Below are positions 12,272 through 25,601 of a stretch of 64,000 bases of DNA, piece by piece. The first letter of the stretch is position 1; each line of letters starts with the position of its first letter. The position numbers were made by a program, and so were the translations under genes. Under the pieces are notes generated by a model, which saw only the letters and a list, made by a program, of their open reading frames with translations, was not told the origin of the DNA and made no database searches. This DNA is from Macrostomum lignano (Eukaryota): assembly GCA_002269645.1 (NCBI GenBank), contig NIVC01002499.1, positions 1 to 64,000 on the forward strand, given 5' to 3'.

Positions 12272-14156
12272 CTTTGTATAAGCCTATATTATATACTTTG
12301 AAAAAAGAATTTATTAGATTATTAGGTTTATAGAACAAGAAAAAAGGCTCAAAAGTTGTTATGGCAATTAAAATCTAGAATACAAATTTAAAATAGTATA
12401 GTACCTATAAACCTAATAATGAAGTAAAAAATATTAAGTTTTATAAATAAATTTTAGTGAATAACACATTTTAAAATGAATCATTTTCGATGAACGAGCC
12501 ATGGGCCAGTTGCCTAGTTGCAATATGAACTTCTATTGCTTAACTTAGCTTCTTTTTCAAGGCTGAACCAGTTTTATGACAATTTAACCATACATCACTC
12601 TGAGCAGCCAGCTGTAAGCTTTCCTCGCAGTGGCTGTCTCTCTTCATTTTTAAAGAACCCACTGATCAGCAAAACAGAGTGACTTCTGTCAATCAATCAA
12701 AACCCGATCATTCCTAGGATCCATTTGGGATTTGTTGTAGGGGGTGGGTTATGACTCGACGTGTATGAATTTCGAATTTTTCTTATTGAAAAGCTAGGGA
12801 TACGCGACCGTCGGTAGTCGGAGTAAATACAGTTTAAATCGACCGCGATAATAGAACTGCTTCTTAGATTTGTTCTTATTATATATTACAAAGTTCTTAC
12901 AAAGAAAAAAGAAAGGAGATAGATAAATAAGTAAAGATAGTTTATTTAGTAAAGACAACTTTAAGTCCCAAAGGCCAAGCTAGAATTTGTTTTAAAATAT
13001 AGATGCTGATAACGAAGTAAAAAGTGTGGTAAACACTTCCATTTCGGCGACATTAGCGAAATTTTCCATTTTAAACGAATCTTAATGATTCTCTCTCTCG
13101 CTCTCTATGTCTCTATCGTTTAAAAGTACATTACATATTGCACGAAAAGTTAATGCCCACGTGACGTACGCTTTGTAAACAAATTTGTAATGATTCTCTC
13201 CCTCGTTTTTTCTTTCCTTGGGTTTTCTTAACATTAAAAAGCTTTTGATACTCTTTTTCTACAATTATTGTGGACTGATGATGGCTATCTTACTCGGTAT
13301 GTCGCCGAAATATATCGGATTCCTGACAACCTATTTTGGTTAATGCGTCGAATATTTTCAATTTAGACATATTTAGACGTTTAGAGCTATTTACTTTTAA
13401 TGCCATCGATTATTGCCGTATTGAGAATTTATAATAGACATCGAACAAGAACTACGCTTAATAAACCAATTTAAACGGAAGCTACCAGAGGCTTAAAAAA
13501 CTGGTATTAACATTTTTGCTGCATGAACTTTTTCGCTGCTCCTCAATTGAAGTTAGAGTCGAGCAGGAAAGAGTTGTGTAGTTACAGGCCGAACACCTAA
13601 AATACTTATGGTTGCTGCAGTATTTATGTAAGCTTCAACTACTTTTGTGGCCTCCATATCGAAAATGCAAATTAACGATCAGACTTTGCTTCACAGCAGA
13701 AATAAAACAAATAAAATTGAGTAACAACAAAGAAGAAATATTCACAGTTCATCAGTGGATTTCACAGAAACATTCAGATGATAGTAACTGTATTGTAAAT
13801 AAAAGCAAATTACAGCACAATGGTTGCATAATAAGACAATTCAAAAACACGTTAGACAGAATTGCGCGCTTACTTGGTGCGAACTAAGCCGAAAAAGTCA
13901 CAATGTTATTCACAAAGTGGAAAATTAAGGACATAAGTAAGTTCAGAATGGGATGCAGTTTTTGAACTATAAACGGTTACGATCCATTTTATAGAGAAAT
14001 ATGAAGCTGCAGAAAGCAATCGAAGAGACACTAAAATGTAAACAGTATTTAAGTTAGAAGAGCATAGAAGAAAAGTACTTCAGTTTATAAACTAATAGAT
14101 AATACCTTGTCAGCTGATTCTGTTTGGGACAACATGAGCACAGACTCAAAAGAAGT

Positions 14157-17100
14157 TTATCGCTGTCGTCTGACGCCCCCGCCTCCTTGCGCGAAGTAGC
14201 CCGGCGGGTAGGGCATCGTGCCCGACTGCTCCGCCCCGCCTGGGATGCCGCGGCCGCCACCCTGCGGCAGGGCGAATAGCTGGGCGGTCGCCGCAGCACC
14301 CGCCTGACGCCCGGCCGCCGTAGTCACAAAGTTGGTGGTCGCCCCGGCAGTTGCGGGTGCCGAGGGCGGCAAGACGCGAAGCACGCGGAAGGCCTCGGCG
14401 AGGTCGGCCGACGTCGGGTTCAAGGGGTCGCAGCCGGGGTAGAGCGGCTCCATCAGGCGGACGTCGCACGATGGCACGAAGATCAGACCTCGCGACTCGA
14501 TCTCTCTCTGCATCTCCGCCTCGCTGCGCGGCTCCTGCGGCTCCGTCGTTGGCGTCGGCGTTGGCGTTGGCGTCGGCTCAGTTCTCACCGAAGTCACCTG
14601 CGGTTGCAGCTCGGGCGGCTGCGGCTCCTCAGACGCCGGGGCAGGCGGCTCTTGGTGAGACCCGCCGCCCTCCGGCAGCGGCGGCGATGCCTGTCGAGCG
14701 GGTGCCGCGGCAGTTGCGGCAGCGGATGCGGGCGCGATAGAAGCAGCCGCCTCGGAAGTGGCGGCTGCTGAAACGGAAGCGGCCTGCGGCACCGGCTGCG
14801 GGAAGCAAAGGCAAAAAGTGATTAGCTGTCAGGATAGGCCGGCAAGCAGCACAGCCAGAGCAATCACTCACCTCAATGCGCATCAGCTTGGCGGTCCGGC
14901 CGCTAAGCCGGGGCATCGGCATCAGGTCGGGCGGCACGCCGGCATGGTCGATGCGCCGATGCGCCTTGGCCAGGTCAAGCGAGGACATGCGCATGTGCGA
15001 GCACAGCGGGCAGGCCAGGGTGAGCTGGTCGGCCCCTGCCGCCGAGTGACAGCGCAGCAGATGGCCGACCGCCTCTTCCAGCTGGCAGACTTTGCTGAAA
15101 TTGCAGCCGGGGGCGTCGCAGACAGCTTGGCCGCAGTCGACGGCTGCGGCAGCCACGCTCGCATCGGTGGAGTGCGCCTCCTTTAGGTGGGCCTCGGCCT
15201 GCTCGCGCAGAACAAACCAGGTGCGGGGGCAGACCGGGCAGCCGAATGGCGGCTTTGCCTGCGGGTGCTCGGCGGCCCAGTGCTGCGCCACGGTCATCGC
15301 CGACTCCACAGACACGCCGCACAGCTTGCAGCTGAACGAGCCGACCGCTTCAGCCGGGCTGTTCGGCCGGTTCGGCAGGCGGATCGGCACCGCCAGCTGG
15401 CCGCCCTCCTGCTCCAGCGCGAGCGGTACCGAGCCGTCTTTCACCTGCGGGCAACGTTGCGGAACTACTGCAATCCAGACTCTCCAATTCAACTAGCAAT
15501 TCCTATCCACGCCCTCTAATCAAGGCTCCGATCCAGGCCACTAGCAATTCCTATCCACGCCCTCTAATCAAGGCTCCGATCCAGGCCACTAGCAATTCCT
15601 ATCCACGCCCTCTAATCAAGGCTTCGATCCAGGCCACTAGCAATTCCTATCCACGCCCTCTAATCAAGGCTCCGATCCAGGCCACTAGCAATTCCTATCC
15701 ACGCCCTCTAATCAAGGCTCCGATCCAGGCCACTAGCAATTCCTATCCACGCCCTCTAATCAAGGCTCCGATCCAGGCCACTAGCAATTCCTATCCACGC
15801 CCTCTAATCAAGGCTTCGATCCAGGCCACTAGCAATTCCTATCCACGCCCTCTAATCAAGGCTCCGATCCAGGCCACTAGCAATTCCTATCCACGCCCTC
15901 TAATCAAGGCTCCGATCCAGGCCACTAGCAATTCCTATCCACGCCCTCTAATCAAGGCTCCGATCCAGGCCACTAGCAATTCCTATCCACGCCCTCTAAT
16001 CAAGGCTCCGATCCAGGCCACTAGCAATTCCTATCCACGCCCTCCGATCCAGGCCACTAGCAATTCCTATCAACGCCCTCCGATCTAGGCCACTAGCAAT
16101 TCCTATCAACGCCCTCCGATCCAGGCCACTAGCAATTCCTATCAATGCCCTCCGATCCAGGGCACTAGCAATTCCTATCAACGATCCCTCTAATCAAGGC
16201 TCCGATCCAGGCCACTAGCAATTCCAATCAATGCCCTCTAATCAAGGCTCTGATCCAGGCCACCAGCCACTGCAACCCCAAACTCACCAGCGGTAGCAGA
16301 GTGGGGTGCTCGCTATGCAGGTGAGCTTGCAGCGATGAGCAGCCGGCGCAGATGAGGAACTCGCAGACAGGACAGCGGACGTGGGCGAATCGCTGCTGGT
16401 GCAGGGCCTCGCTGTGCAGCAGCACAACCAGCACGGAGTCGCCGGTGAACTGCCAGCAGATGCCGCAGACGAAGCGTTTCCGGTTCGCATCGGCCAAGTG
16501 GGCGGCGGAGGCGGCCTCGAGCTCCCTCTGGGAGTGCACACCGTAGGAGAAGTCCAGGTGTCGGCGATACTCACTGTCTGTGAAGCGGCGGCCGCATCCA
16601 GCGATGGGGCAGCGGTAGGCCAGCGCCTCTGGGTGGCTGTCCTTCACGTGGTACTCCACGTTGAACACCGAGTAGGTCTTGCGCCGGCACTTGGCGCAAT
16701 GGTAGCGCAACTCCTGGCTGTCAGTTCGGACTGGCGCAGAGGGCCGGGCAGCGATTTCCCGCAGGCGGCCGGCGCTGCCGCTGCTGCTGGGTGTGGACGA
16801 CAGGCCGCTGGCGGCAGCGGGGTCCTGCCGAAGGAGAGGGGTGGGGCGGAAAGCTAACGGAATGACCGGCCTTCCTAATCACAGTAAGTCTTTATGAGGA
16901 AACCGGAGCTGCACTCTCACCTGCTGCGTCTTGTACCGGTTGTGCAGGGTCTGGCCCAGGTTGGGCGGTCGGCACACGTCCACCACGCTGCCGTCGGAGG
17001 CGAACACCGTGGTGACGCTGACGGGCCGGAAGAAGTTGGACTCCTCAACCAGGAATACCGGGACCACATGCTTGCCCGGGTGGCTGCGCTGGATGTGGGT

Positions 17101-20100
17101 GGTGGTGAGCACCTCGGAGGAGAAGCGGTGGCAGCACTTGGGGCAGGCGAACAGGGGCACCAGGCGGTGCTTCTTCAGCAGGTGGTTGGACAGGGCGAAC
17201 AGCTTGGAGAAGGAGTCGATGTCGGGAAACGAGGTGTCGCAGAGGCGGCACTGCCAGTTGCAGCGGGAGGGGCGGAACAGATCGGTGGAGGCCTGCCTCT
17301 GCATGGCGCCATTGGGCAGGTGCAGATGCTGGGTGGGCACGAGCTGCAGGGAGTGGTGCTTGGCCTGCATGAAGGCGGCCACCTCCTTGTCCGAGTAGCA
17401 GGCGGACGCGTCGCTGACATTCTTGGCCAGGTGGAGCAGCTGCTCGCAGTAGCCGCAGTTGCGGCCGGGGTCGCGCGGGTCGCCGGGCTCCGTGTTCTCC
17501 ACGCGGGCGCACACCGGGCAGACGCGGTGAAAGTTCACTAGGTGCGAGTGAATGGCCTCCTGTGGGGCGGCAGGGTCGGGCAGCTTGAAAGTGGGAATAT
17601 CAGTACTGCGGCTGCCCTTTTAAATCGAACCACCTATTCCCCCACCCTGCTGCCCCTGCCATTGCCACCCGGCTGCCCCAGCCATTGCCACCCGGCTGCC
17701 CCAGCCATTGCCACCCGGCTGCCCCAGCCATTGCCACCCGGCTGCCCCAGCCATTGTCACCCGGCTGCCCCAGCCATTTCCACCCTGCTGCCCCTGCCAT
17801 TGCCACCCTGCTGCCCCTGCCATTGCCACCCTGCTGCCCCTGCCATTGCCACGGCTGCCCCAGCCATTGCCACCCTGCTGCCCCTGCCATTGCCACCCGG
17901 CTGCCCCTGCCATTGCCACCCGGCTGCCCCTGCCATTGTCACCCTGCTGCCCCTGCCATTGTCACCCTGCTGCCCCAGCCATTGTCACCCTGCTGCCCCT
18001 GCTCCTCGGCTTTTTCCCAGCCTCATAAAGAATGCCTGTCGGCTCTCTGACTCTGGCAGGCAGGCAAGACACACAAGAACTCACCTGGGTGATGGTGGTG
18101 CTGAAACCGACCCCGCACACGGTGCACTTGGTTTCCTCGGTCGGCGCGGGCACGAGGCGGCGCAGCTTTGGGCAGGCGTGGGCGTTGAACTCGCACACGC
18201 TGGAGTTGACGAAGTCGCAGTAGGGGCAAATGTAGTTGCCCGTAGAGTGCAGGATCACGTGACTAGGGGTCTCAATGTAGGCGTGGTCCTCCGGGGCGGC
18301 GCCTGGGTGCTCGGCCTGGTAGTGCCGGTTGATGATGTGCCAGTCGCGCTCAACCAGCTGGCTGCAGGCGGCGCACTTCACCAGCAGCTGGAAGCGGTGA
18401 GTCTGCAGGTGGGCCTCAATTAGGCTCAGGTAGGGCGACCGCACCTTGCAGACCCGACAGATGAACTCGCTGTCCTTGGATCTGCGTGGTTCAATCCGGG
18501 TTGTTCAGTTGTATTTGGCAGAATCTGTGGACTGCTGGCCAGGTGCGTATTGAATTCCGAAATAGTCTTTGACCCTTTCCCAGACAGAACACCTCAACTT
18601 GACCCACCCCCAGAGAGATCACCTCTGCTTGACCCATCCAGAGACAGAGCACCTCTGCTTGACCCATCCCCAGAGAGAGCACCTCTGCTTGACCCATCCC
18701 CAGAGAGAGCACCTCTGCTTGACCCATCCCCAGAGAGAGCACCTCTGCTTGACCCATCCCCAGAGAGAGCACCTCTGCTTGACCCATCCCCAGAGAGAGC
18801 ACCTCTGCTTGACCCATCCCCAGAGAGAGCACCTCTGCTTGACCCATCCCCAGAGAGAGCACCTCTGCTTGACCCATCCCCAGAGAGAGCACCTCTGCTT
18901 GACCCATCCCCAGAGAGAGCACCTCTGCTTGACCCATCCCCAGAGAGAGCACCTCTGCTTGACCCATCCCCAGAGAGAGCACCTCTGCTTGACCCATCCA
19001 GAGAGAGCACCTCTGCTTGAGCCATCCAGAGACAGAGCACCTCTGCTTGACCCATCCAGAGACAGAGCATCTGTGCTTGACCCATCCAGAGACAGAGCAT
19101 CTGTGCTTGACCCATCCAGAGACAGAGCACCTCTGCTTGACCCATCCCCAGACAGAATACCTCTGCTTGACCCATTCCGACAGAAAACCTCTGCTTGACC
19201 CATTGCCCGTCCTGACCCACTGGCCCGCCCGAGCCCGAACCTGGCAATCTCCACGGCAGAGAGGGTCTCGTGCCGCCTCGGCTGCAGCTGCTGGCGCCTC
19301 GGTGCGGTCCCATGCGACGTCTGCAAGTGGCCCAGGAAAGTCTTGACGTTATCAACGCTGAAGTTGCACAGCATGCACTGTTTGATGGCGAACACGGGAC
19401 CGCAGTCTTTCAGGTGATGCCGGATTCCGAGGCCGCGCTCAGCCTCAAAGCCGCAGTGGGGACAGAGGAAGCAGCACTGCTCAGGCCGCCAGAAAGACTG
19501 CGGCACGAGGCAGTACTGGCCGGCTGCCCGCAGCCTCGCGGGCTGGTCGGGGTGGAACAGGTACAGGTGGTTCAGCATGCCCAGAAAGCGGTCGCAGGTG
19601 AAGTCGCACAAGACGCACATGCAGTGCCTGGCAAGTGACGGGGCGTGACGGTACCTAATGTAAACAGACCGTTGCTAGGCTAATGTATCGCATGTCAATA
19701 GTGTGAAGTCAAGCGGCTCACCTGATTGCCCGGTGCTCCCGAAACAAGTGCTGCTCCCAGTCGCAGAAGTACTCGAACACGTTGTTTGGCTGCGGGCAGA
19801 GGCCGCAGGCGAAGAAATTGCTCGGCAGGTGGCCAGTGGGGGCGTACTTAGGGCTATGGTACAGCTTCTCCATCTCCGTGAGGAGGCTGGACTCCACGCT
19901 TAGGGCGATACTGGCGTCAGCGATGCCCAGCGAGTCCAGCCAGGATCTGTGGGGGCGAAGGTGCGCTTAGAGACGGCTGCGGCCTGATAATGGGGGGGGG
20001 AGACAGGGCTGCGGCCTGATATTGGGGGGACAGGGCTGCGGCCTGATATTGGGGGGATAGGGCTGCGGCCTGATATTGGGGTGGGGGGACTGGGCTGCGG

Positions 20101-22399
20101 CCTGTTATTGGGGGGGGGGCTGGGCTGCGGCCTGATTTTGGGGGGGGGGGGCTGCGGCCTGATATTGGGGGGGGACTGGGCTGCGGCCTGATATTGGGGA
20201 CGACGACTGGGCTGCGGCCTGATATTGGGGGTGGGGGGGGACTGGGCTGCGGCCTGATATCGGGGGACGACGACTGGGCTGCGACCTGATATTGGGGGGG
20301 GGGACTGGGCTGCGACCTGATATTGGGGGGGGGATTGGGCTGCGGCCTGATATTGGGGGGGGGGAAGACTGGGCTGCGGCCTGATATTGGGGGGGGGAGG
20401 CAGGGCTGCGACCTGATATTGGGGGAACTGGGCTGTGGTCTGATATGGGGGGGACTGGGCTGCGGCTTGATATTGTGGAAATTGGGCTGTGGTCTGATAT
20501 TGGGGGGACTGGGCTGTGGTCTTATATTGGGGGGGGGGGGGGGCTGCCACATTGAGGATGGGCTGCGTCCACGGTGAGCTATAATGAGATATGTGTGAGA
20601 CGCCCATGAATAGGGTCTGTCAGCTGGTTACACTGAGAGCTCACTGGTACTGGTAAGTCCTGAGCAGCAGGTCAATAACGTCTTCGTCAGTCATGGCGGG
20701 CGGCTGCCTGCTGTGCAGCTGCATGACCAGGCCGTGCTGGGCGCAGTAGTTGAAGGCCTCCAGCATGGAGGCGGAGCGCAGGCAGGGGAACACGGATCCT
20801 TGCAGGTCGGCCACTGACACCTGCCCGCCTGGCGGCTTCGGCTGAAGGGCCGGCAGCTTTGAAGACGAGCGGTTACGCTTCCTAGAACGGCGAGTCAAGG
20901 AGAATCAGGTGCTTCGTGCTTGTCATCGCACAGGTAGCAAGGACTTAGCTGCTGCCGCAGAGCAATGAATAGACAAGCAATCATTAAGTCTCTCTATCTT
21001 GGGGTTAACTGGTCCTCACGGGCGTGTACTGCACTAGAAGACAAAGCCCAGGCCCATCGGAAAAGTGCATGCAGGAACCGGCAGGCGGGGCTCAATCCCA
21101 GATTCGAACTCTAAGGGGAGCATTTCACAAGCTCGCAACTTCACAAGCTCACCATTAATCTCTTCACCATTTCTGGAAGTGTGGACTGGAAAGTTTGCTG
21201 TTTCTATTATTTGCTTTTTTAACTGCCCTCTCTAGGTGCGAGTTACGATTGCTTTGGTTTTCGAGCTGCTGAATGTGACCGACAAGACGTTTCTATGAAT
21301 ACGATGCGGAGTTTTGAGCTGGTGAAAGCGACCCACTCTAAGAGAGCCGGAATCAACAGGTGGGGCTCACTTATCACTGGAGTCGATAGCCTCGCCGCCC
21401 TCGCCAAGGCCGGACCTGTGCAGCTCGAAGTCGCTGTCTTTGTTGTCATCGTTGTCCTCCTCCGAGCTGTCCACGTAGCTGAAGTAGGTCGGCCGCGCCC
21501 GACGTCGGGCAGAACGGCGGACGGAGCGGCCGCTGCTGGGCCCGGCGCCGCTGCCTTCGCAGCTGGCCGCGTCCTCCTGATCCGGCAGGTCGTCGCGGGC
21601 CAACCGCTCGTCCAGGTAGCGCTGGAATGCGGCGGCTTTGACGCGCAGCTGCAGGCCGCGGTCGGGCTCCACTTCCAGCAGGGCGGTGACCCGCCGGAGG
21701 CGAACCCGGGCCAACGGGGCCAGCCGCACTGCCCGGGCTTTTGCGGCCGCCAACTGCGCGGCGCGGCCGCCGCCAGCCTTATTGCTGTTTTTCGGCTTCG
21801 TGGAGGGAGCAGCCGCAGCTGCAACCGCTGTCGCTGCCGCGCCGCTGGTTGTCGCTTTCGCGGGCGGCGCAGCAGAGGGCTGCTCGCTGTCGGAGGCGGA
21901 GGAGGAGGACTCGATCCGGCGCTTCCGGCTGCTGGTGGAGCGGACCCGCTGGTTGGCCGCCGAGTCGGAGCTGCCGCTGCCGTCGGAATCCTGGCATGCC
22001 GGCATTCCGACAACGGCCGGGTTGCTGCCAAGCTTGATCCGAATCTTCGTCGGAACGCCGCCCTCCTCTGCGGGCGGGCCAGCGCGCTAATAAATCAGCA
22101 CCTATCGACTGCTCATAATGTGACCAATTGACCGTCAGGAAAAAACAAAAAAGCAGCAAACTGAATTCAAACATGGCAGCTCAACCATTCAGGTAAAATT
22201 AGCTACAGAACAGAGAACAGTGGAATCTTAACTGAGAGACAGGAAACTCACTGCGACCAGCTGGGAGCAGCACTGAGCCGTCTGCGCTATCAGGCAACCC
22301 GAGCTGCTGCTGTGTGCCCGCAGCTTGACTAAGCCTTCTCTTCATCTTAATCCGACGAGCAGCTGCTGATTGATAGCTTAAGTTACTCTTTTTACGCAT
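14157..22399 (-). CDS. Large multi-C2H2 zinc-finger protein (~1492 aa, ~18 fingers, no TGEKP linkers), 10 exons
   Basis: Exons 22399-22252, 22067-21371, 20881-20645, 19946-19722, 19627-19241, 18481-18085, 17559-16921, 16824-16288, 15444-14872, 14795-14157. All GT-AG, phases compatible, total 4479 nt. Repeated CxxC..HxxxxH units. The first exon and start codon are the least certain. Confidence 0.8.
15493..16265. repeat. 48-bp intronic minisatellite CTAGCAATTCCTATCCACGCCCTCTAATCAAGGCTCCGATCCAGGCCA
   Basis: About 16 copies fill a zinc-finger gene intron; a few units lack 11 bp. Confidence 0.95.
17640..18000. repeat. 22-bp intronic minisatellite CCATTGCCACCC(G/T)GCTGCCCC(A/T)G
   Basis: Tandem array; source of the PPGCPSHCHPAAPAIAT-type spurious ORFs. 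Confidence 0.9.
18590..19200. repeat. 30-bp intronic minisatellite GACCCATCCCCAGAGAGAGCACCTCTGCTT
   Basis: About 20 copies; open in several frames only because the period is a multiple of 3. Confidence 0.95.
19975..20545. repeat. G-tract-rich intronic minisatellite GGGACTGGGCTGCGGCCTGATATTG(G)n
   Basis: About 18 units with variable poly-G length. Confidence 0.85.
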
Positions 22400-22494
22400 A
22401 GCAACCAGCCACCGGCAAGTAATGCTTAATTGATCAAAATCCTGGCCCCGGGCCTAGAATTACAGAAGAACGGAAGCAATATCGATATTACAAT

Positions 22495-22885
22495 GATACA
22501 GCCTCCTTCATCAAACCAATCAAATTATGAAGGGATCCAGCCTCCATCATCAAACCAATCAAATTATGAAGGGATCCAGCCTCCTTCACCAAATCAATCA
22601 AATTATGAAGGGATCCAGCCTCCTTCATCAGACCAATCAAATTATGAAGGGATCCAGCCTCCTTCACCAAACCAATCAGATCATGGAGGGATCCAGCATC
22701 CTTCATCAAACCAATCAAATTATAGGGTTAGCCAGCCTCCTTCATCAAATTCTTCACTTCAGTAAAATTATAGAGGGATCCAGCATCTTTCATTAAACCT
22801 ATCAAATTATGGAGTAAACCAGCATCCTTTATCAAACCAATTAAATTAAGGAGAGAGCCAGCATCCTTCATCAAACCAATCAAAT
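22495..22885. repeat. 39-bp minisatellite CAGCCTCCTTCATCAAACCAATCAAATTATGAAGGGATC upstream of the zinc-finger gene
   Basis: About 10 copies decaying rightward. Confidence 0.85.
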
Positions 22886-23304
22886 TTTGGGAGCGACGAT
22901 CTGGTGAAGTTGCCTTAGGCCAGGGAACACGAAATCAATGCTGATTTGATTAGACCATCTGCATCACCAAGTCAAAAGACAGTTGAGCCAATTATATAAG
23001 TAATACATGTACCACAGCATTGCAAGGGTTAGCACAGCAAGAATATTGCACCATGTTGCTCAATAGTGACAATCACCAAGCTCATCAACCTTGTAGTTAG
23101 AACCTAATATTATAGAAAGTTAGACAGTTCAGGACAGTATAAAAGCAATTGCTATTCTTACAGTAATGCAAAAACCTTTTGAATACTATTTAAAAGTAGA
23201 AAATCCACAATTCTCTAACTTATATTGAGGCTAATCAATGCTACTGGAATACAAATTTGGTTAGGAGGCATTGCACAGCCAGATGAAATATGAAAGCCAC
23301 TTTG

Positions 23305-23538
23305 AATTCAATCATTACCAATTAAAGAGGTCCGTAGCAATCTTTGAAAACCAAGAAGGGCAGAACTGGAGTGGAAGGAATAATTCAATCATTACCAGTT
23401 AAAGAGGTCCGTAGCAATCTTTGAAAACCAAGAAGGGCAGAACTGGAGTGGAAGGAATAATTCAATCATTACCAGTTAAAGAGGTCCGTAGCAATCTTTG
23501 AAAACCAAGAAGGGCAGAACTGTAGTGGAAAGAATAAC
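23305..23538. repeat. 77-bp tandem triplication
   Basis: aattcaatcattacca.ttaaagaggtccgtagc.. starts at 23305, 23382 and 23459. Confidence 0.9.
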
Positions 23539-25601
23539 ACATGGCATTCCAAAACTAGGCAATAAAATAATCATTGGTCAAATCGATTTTTTTTCTACAC
23601 AAAGGTGAAAACAAAATGGGAGTTCAACACTACCTGCTTTAAGTAAGGAACATGCTGTATACATCAAAATTTAAAACAATATGAACAAGCCTTACCTTTC
23701 TCTGTCATGCTATTAGGCAACAAGTACACTTGTACTGAGTAGAAGTCTAGGATTTTGTAGACTATTGATTTTTTATATTCATGAAATTAATATGAATCAA
23801 ATTAGTAATTTACAAGATTTATAAATATATAGAGATATAAACTAGGCTTATATAAGCATCATGCTAGGTTAGATAGTCTCATACATAATATTATACCTAG
23901 ATTGACCAATTGACAATGTATGTACTAAAGTGAATTTTGAAAGTGCCAATGCAAATAGAAAATTTGGTAGTAGAACAACTAGTATATGATTGCCACATAA
24001 TGAGAATCCTTATATCCTTGGGCCATTATGCTTTTAACCCAGATTCTATTTGCCAAAGTTTTCTTAAGCACAGATTTATTATACTAAATAAAAAAATTGT
24101 AATTGCCTTCTTTTGTATTGTTGAACAATGTTATATTCAATAAATTGTTATATTATATTACATTGGCTAGGCCTATACAAGAACCTTAGCTTTTTAGATA
24201 GCAACATATTCTTGTTTGGTAACAAAGAATTTATAACTTAAAACAAAAAATCTTCCTTTATTGTATATAAATAATAATAAATCTTTATTATATATATTAT
24301 ATACCCTATATAATAAATCTAAATATACTAAATCTCTAAGGTTTGTTTGTATGCTTGCATGCTTGTCCATAATCTAAATATAATAAATCTTAATATATTA
24401 ATTATATTACTGTATATATGATCTCTAAAAATGTATGTTATCAATTTGTAAAATTTAATGCTTATATTTAATCTTTAGCACCAAATGTTCATAGGATATT
24501 ACATGATTTACTTAATTACTAAAACTTAATTACTAACTTTCTTAGATATATATATTATGTATTCTATATATATAAATGTGGTAATTTTTTTTCATTAAGC
24601 TAATTAATTAACTTATTGAATTTCACAATTTTTTTTTAAAAAGTTGCTTCTATTGTCTCTAGCCTTGCATTATGTCAATAAATTGTGGTTTAGATATTTG
24701 TCATCTACTATTCTATTAACTTAATAATATAGTCAATTGTATGAGTCTATAAGCTGTAACATGTCATAGGCCTATACTAAAATCTATAATCACATGGGAT
24801 ATATTCATACATATAGCAAAGCTAGCAATTATAAGCCTATAAGTACAATATAGATATATTATAAAAGCTATAAATATTGCAAAGATAAAGGCATAGATAC
24901 TGCTTTTTACTTTTAGTTCAGTAGCGTAAAAAAATACATTAAGCTATTTCATAAAAATAAAGATAGCTAAAATGACTGATAAGTTTAGAAGCCCAAACTT
25001 GTAGGCATTTATAACTTGCTAATTCATTAGCCTAATATACATTAGCCAGTTTTCTAAGATATACATAGTAACTTTAGGCTAAAATTTAGATTCTAAAAGA
25101 CAATAAAAATTGAGGTGAATAAAGGGATATTATGGAAATGTGTGATTGGAAGGTTAAAACTAAGGCCATACTCTCAAATCTATTACACAGTATACTAAAA
25201 AATGACCCCCTAAGCCATAAATTCAAATTTATGCCAGAAAAAAAAACTAATTTACTTGTGATCTATATGCTGGACATTATTAAAAAGCATTGCAACAATA
25301 AAAGGACCTATTTTGTGTTGCAACAATAAATGACCTTTTTTGTGTTACATCAAAATAAGACACTTTATTGCATTATGATATTTGGTCTTACAACAACAGC
25401 TATAACATATGCCAGCTCTGTAGCACAATTTTCTAGCAGATTGTTCTGTATACTAGATACTCTATACTTACCATTTTTGGGTCCATTGTATGCTAGAATT
25501 TTCTAGTGTATATGTAAGATTCCGGAGTAGAAAGCTAAAGTAAGGGTTAAAAAGCCAATAAAATTAGCCTTGACTTAGCTTACATAAAAATATACTAAAT
25601 A

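Noticed and set aside
12743-13330. Possible solo LTR; 13-bp AGTCGGAGTAAAT shared in reverse with 27961-27973
   Set aside because: No second LTR, TSD, PBS or PPT; one 13-bp match is insufficient.
17542-20607. Long repetitive ORFs (PPGCPSHCHP.., MGQAEVLSLG.., LDPSPERAPL.., QYQAAAQSPP..) as proteins
   Set aside because: They are translations of intronic minisatellites; the flanking zinc-finger exons splice around them in frame.
22172-22197. Plus-strand ATGGCAGCTCAACCATTCAG|GTAAAA as the first exon of another gene
   Set aside because: It is antisense within zinc-finger intron 1 and no partner exon was identified.
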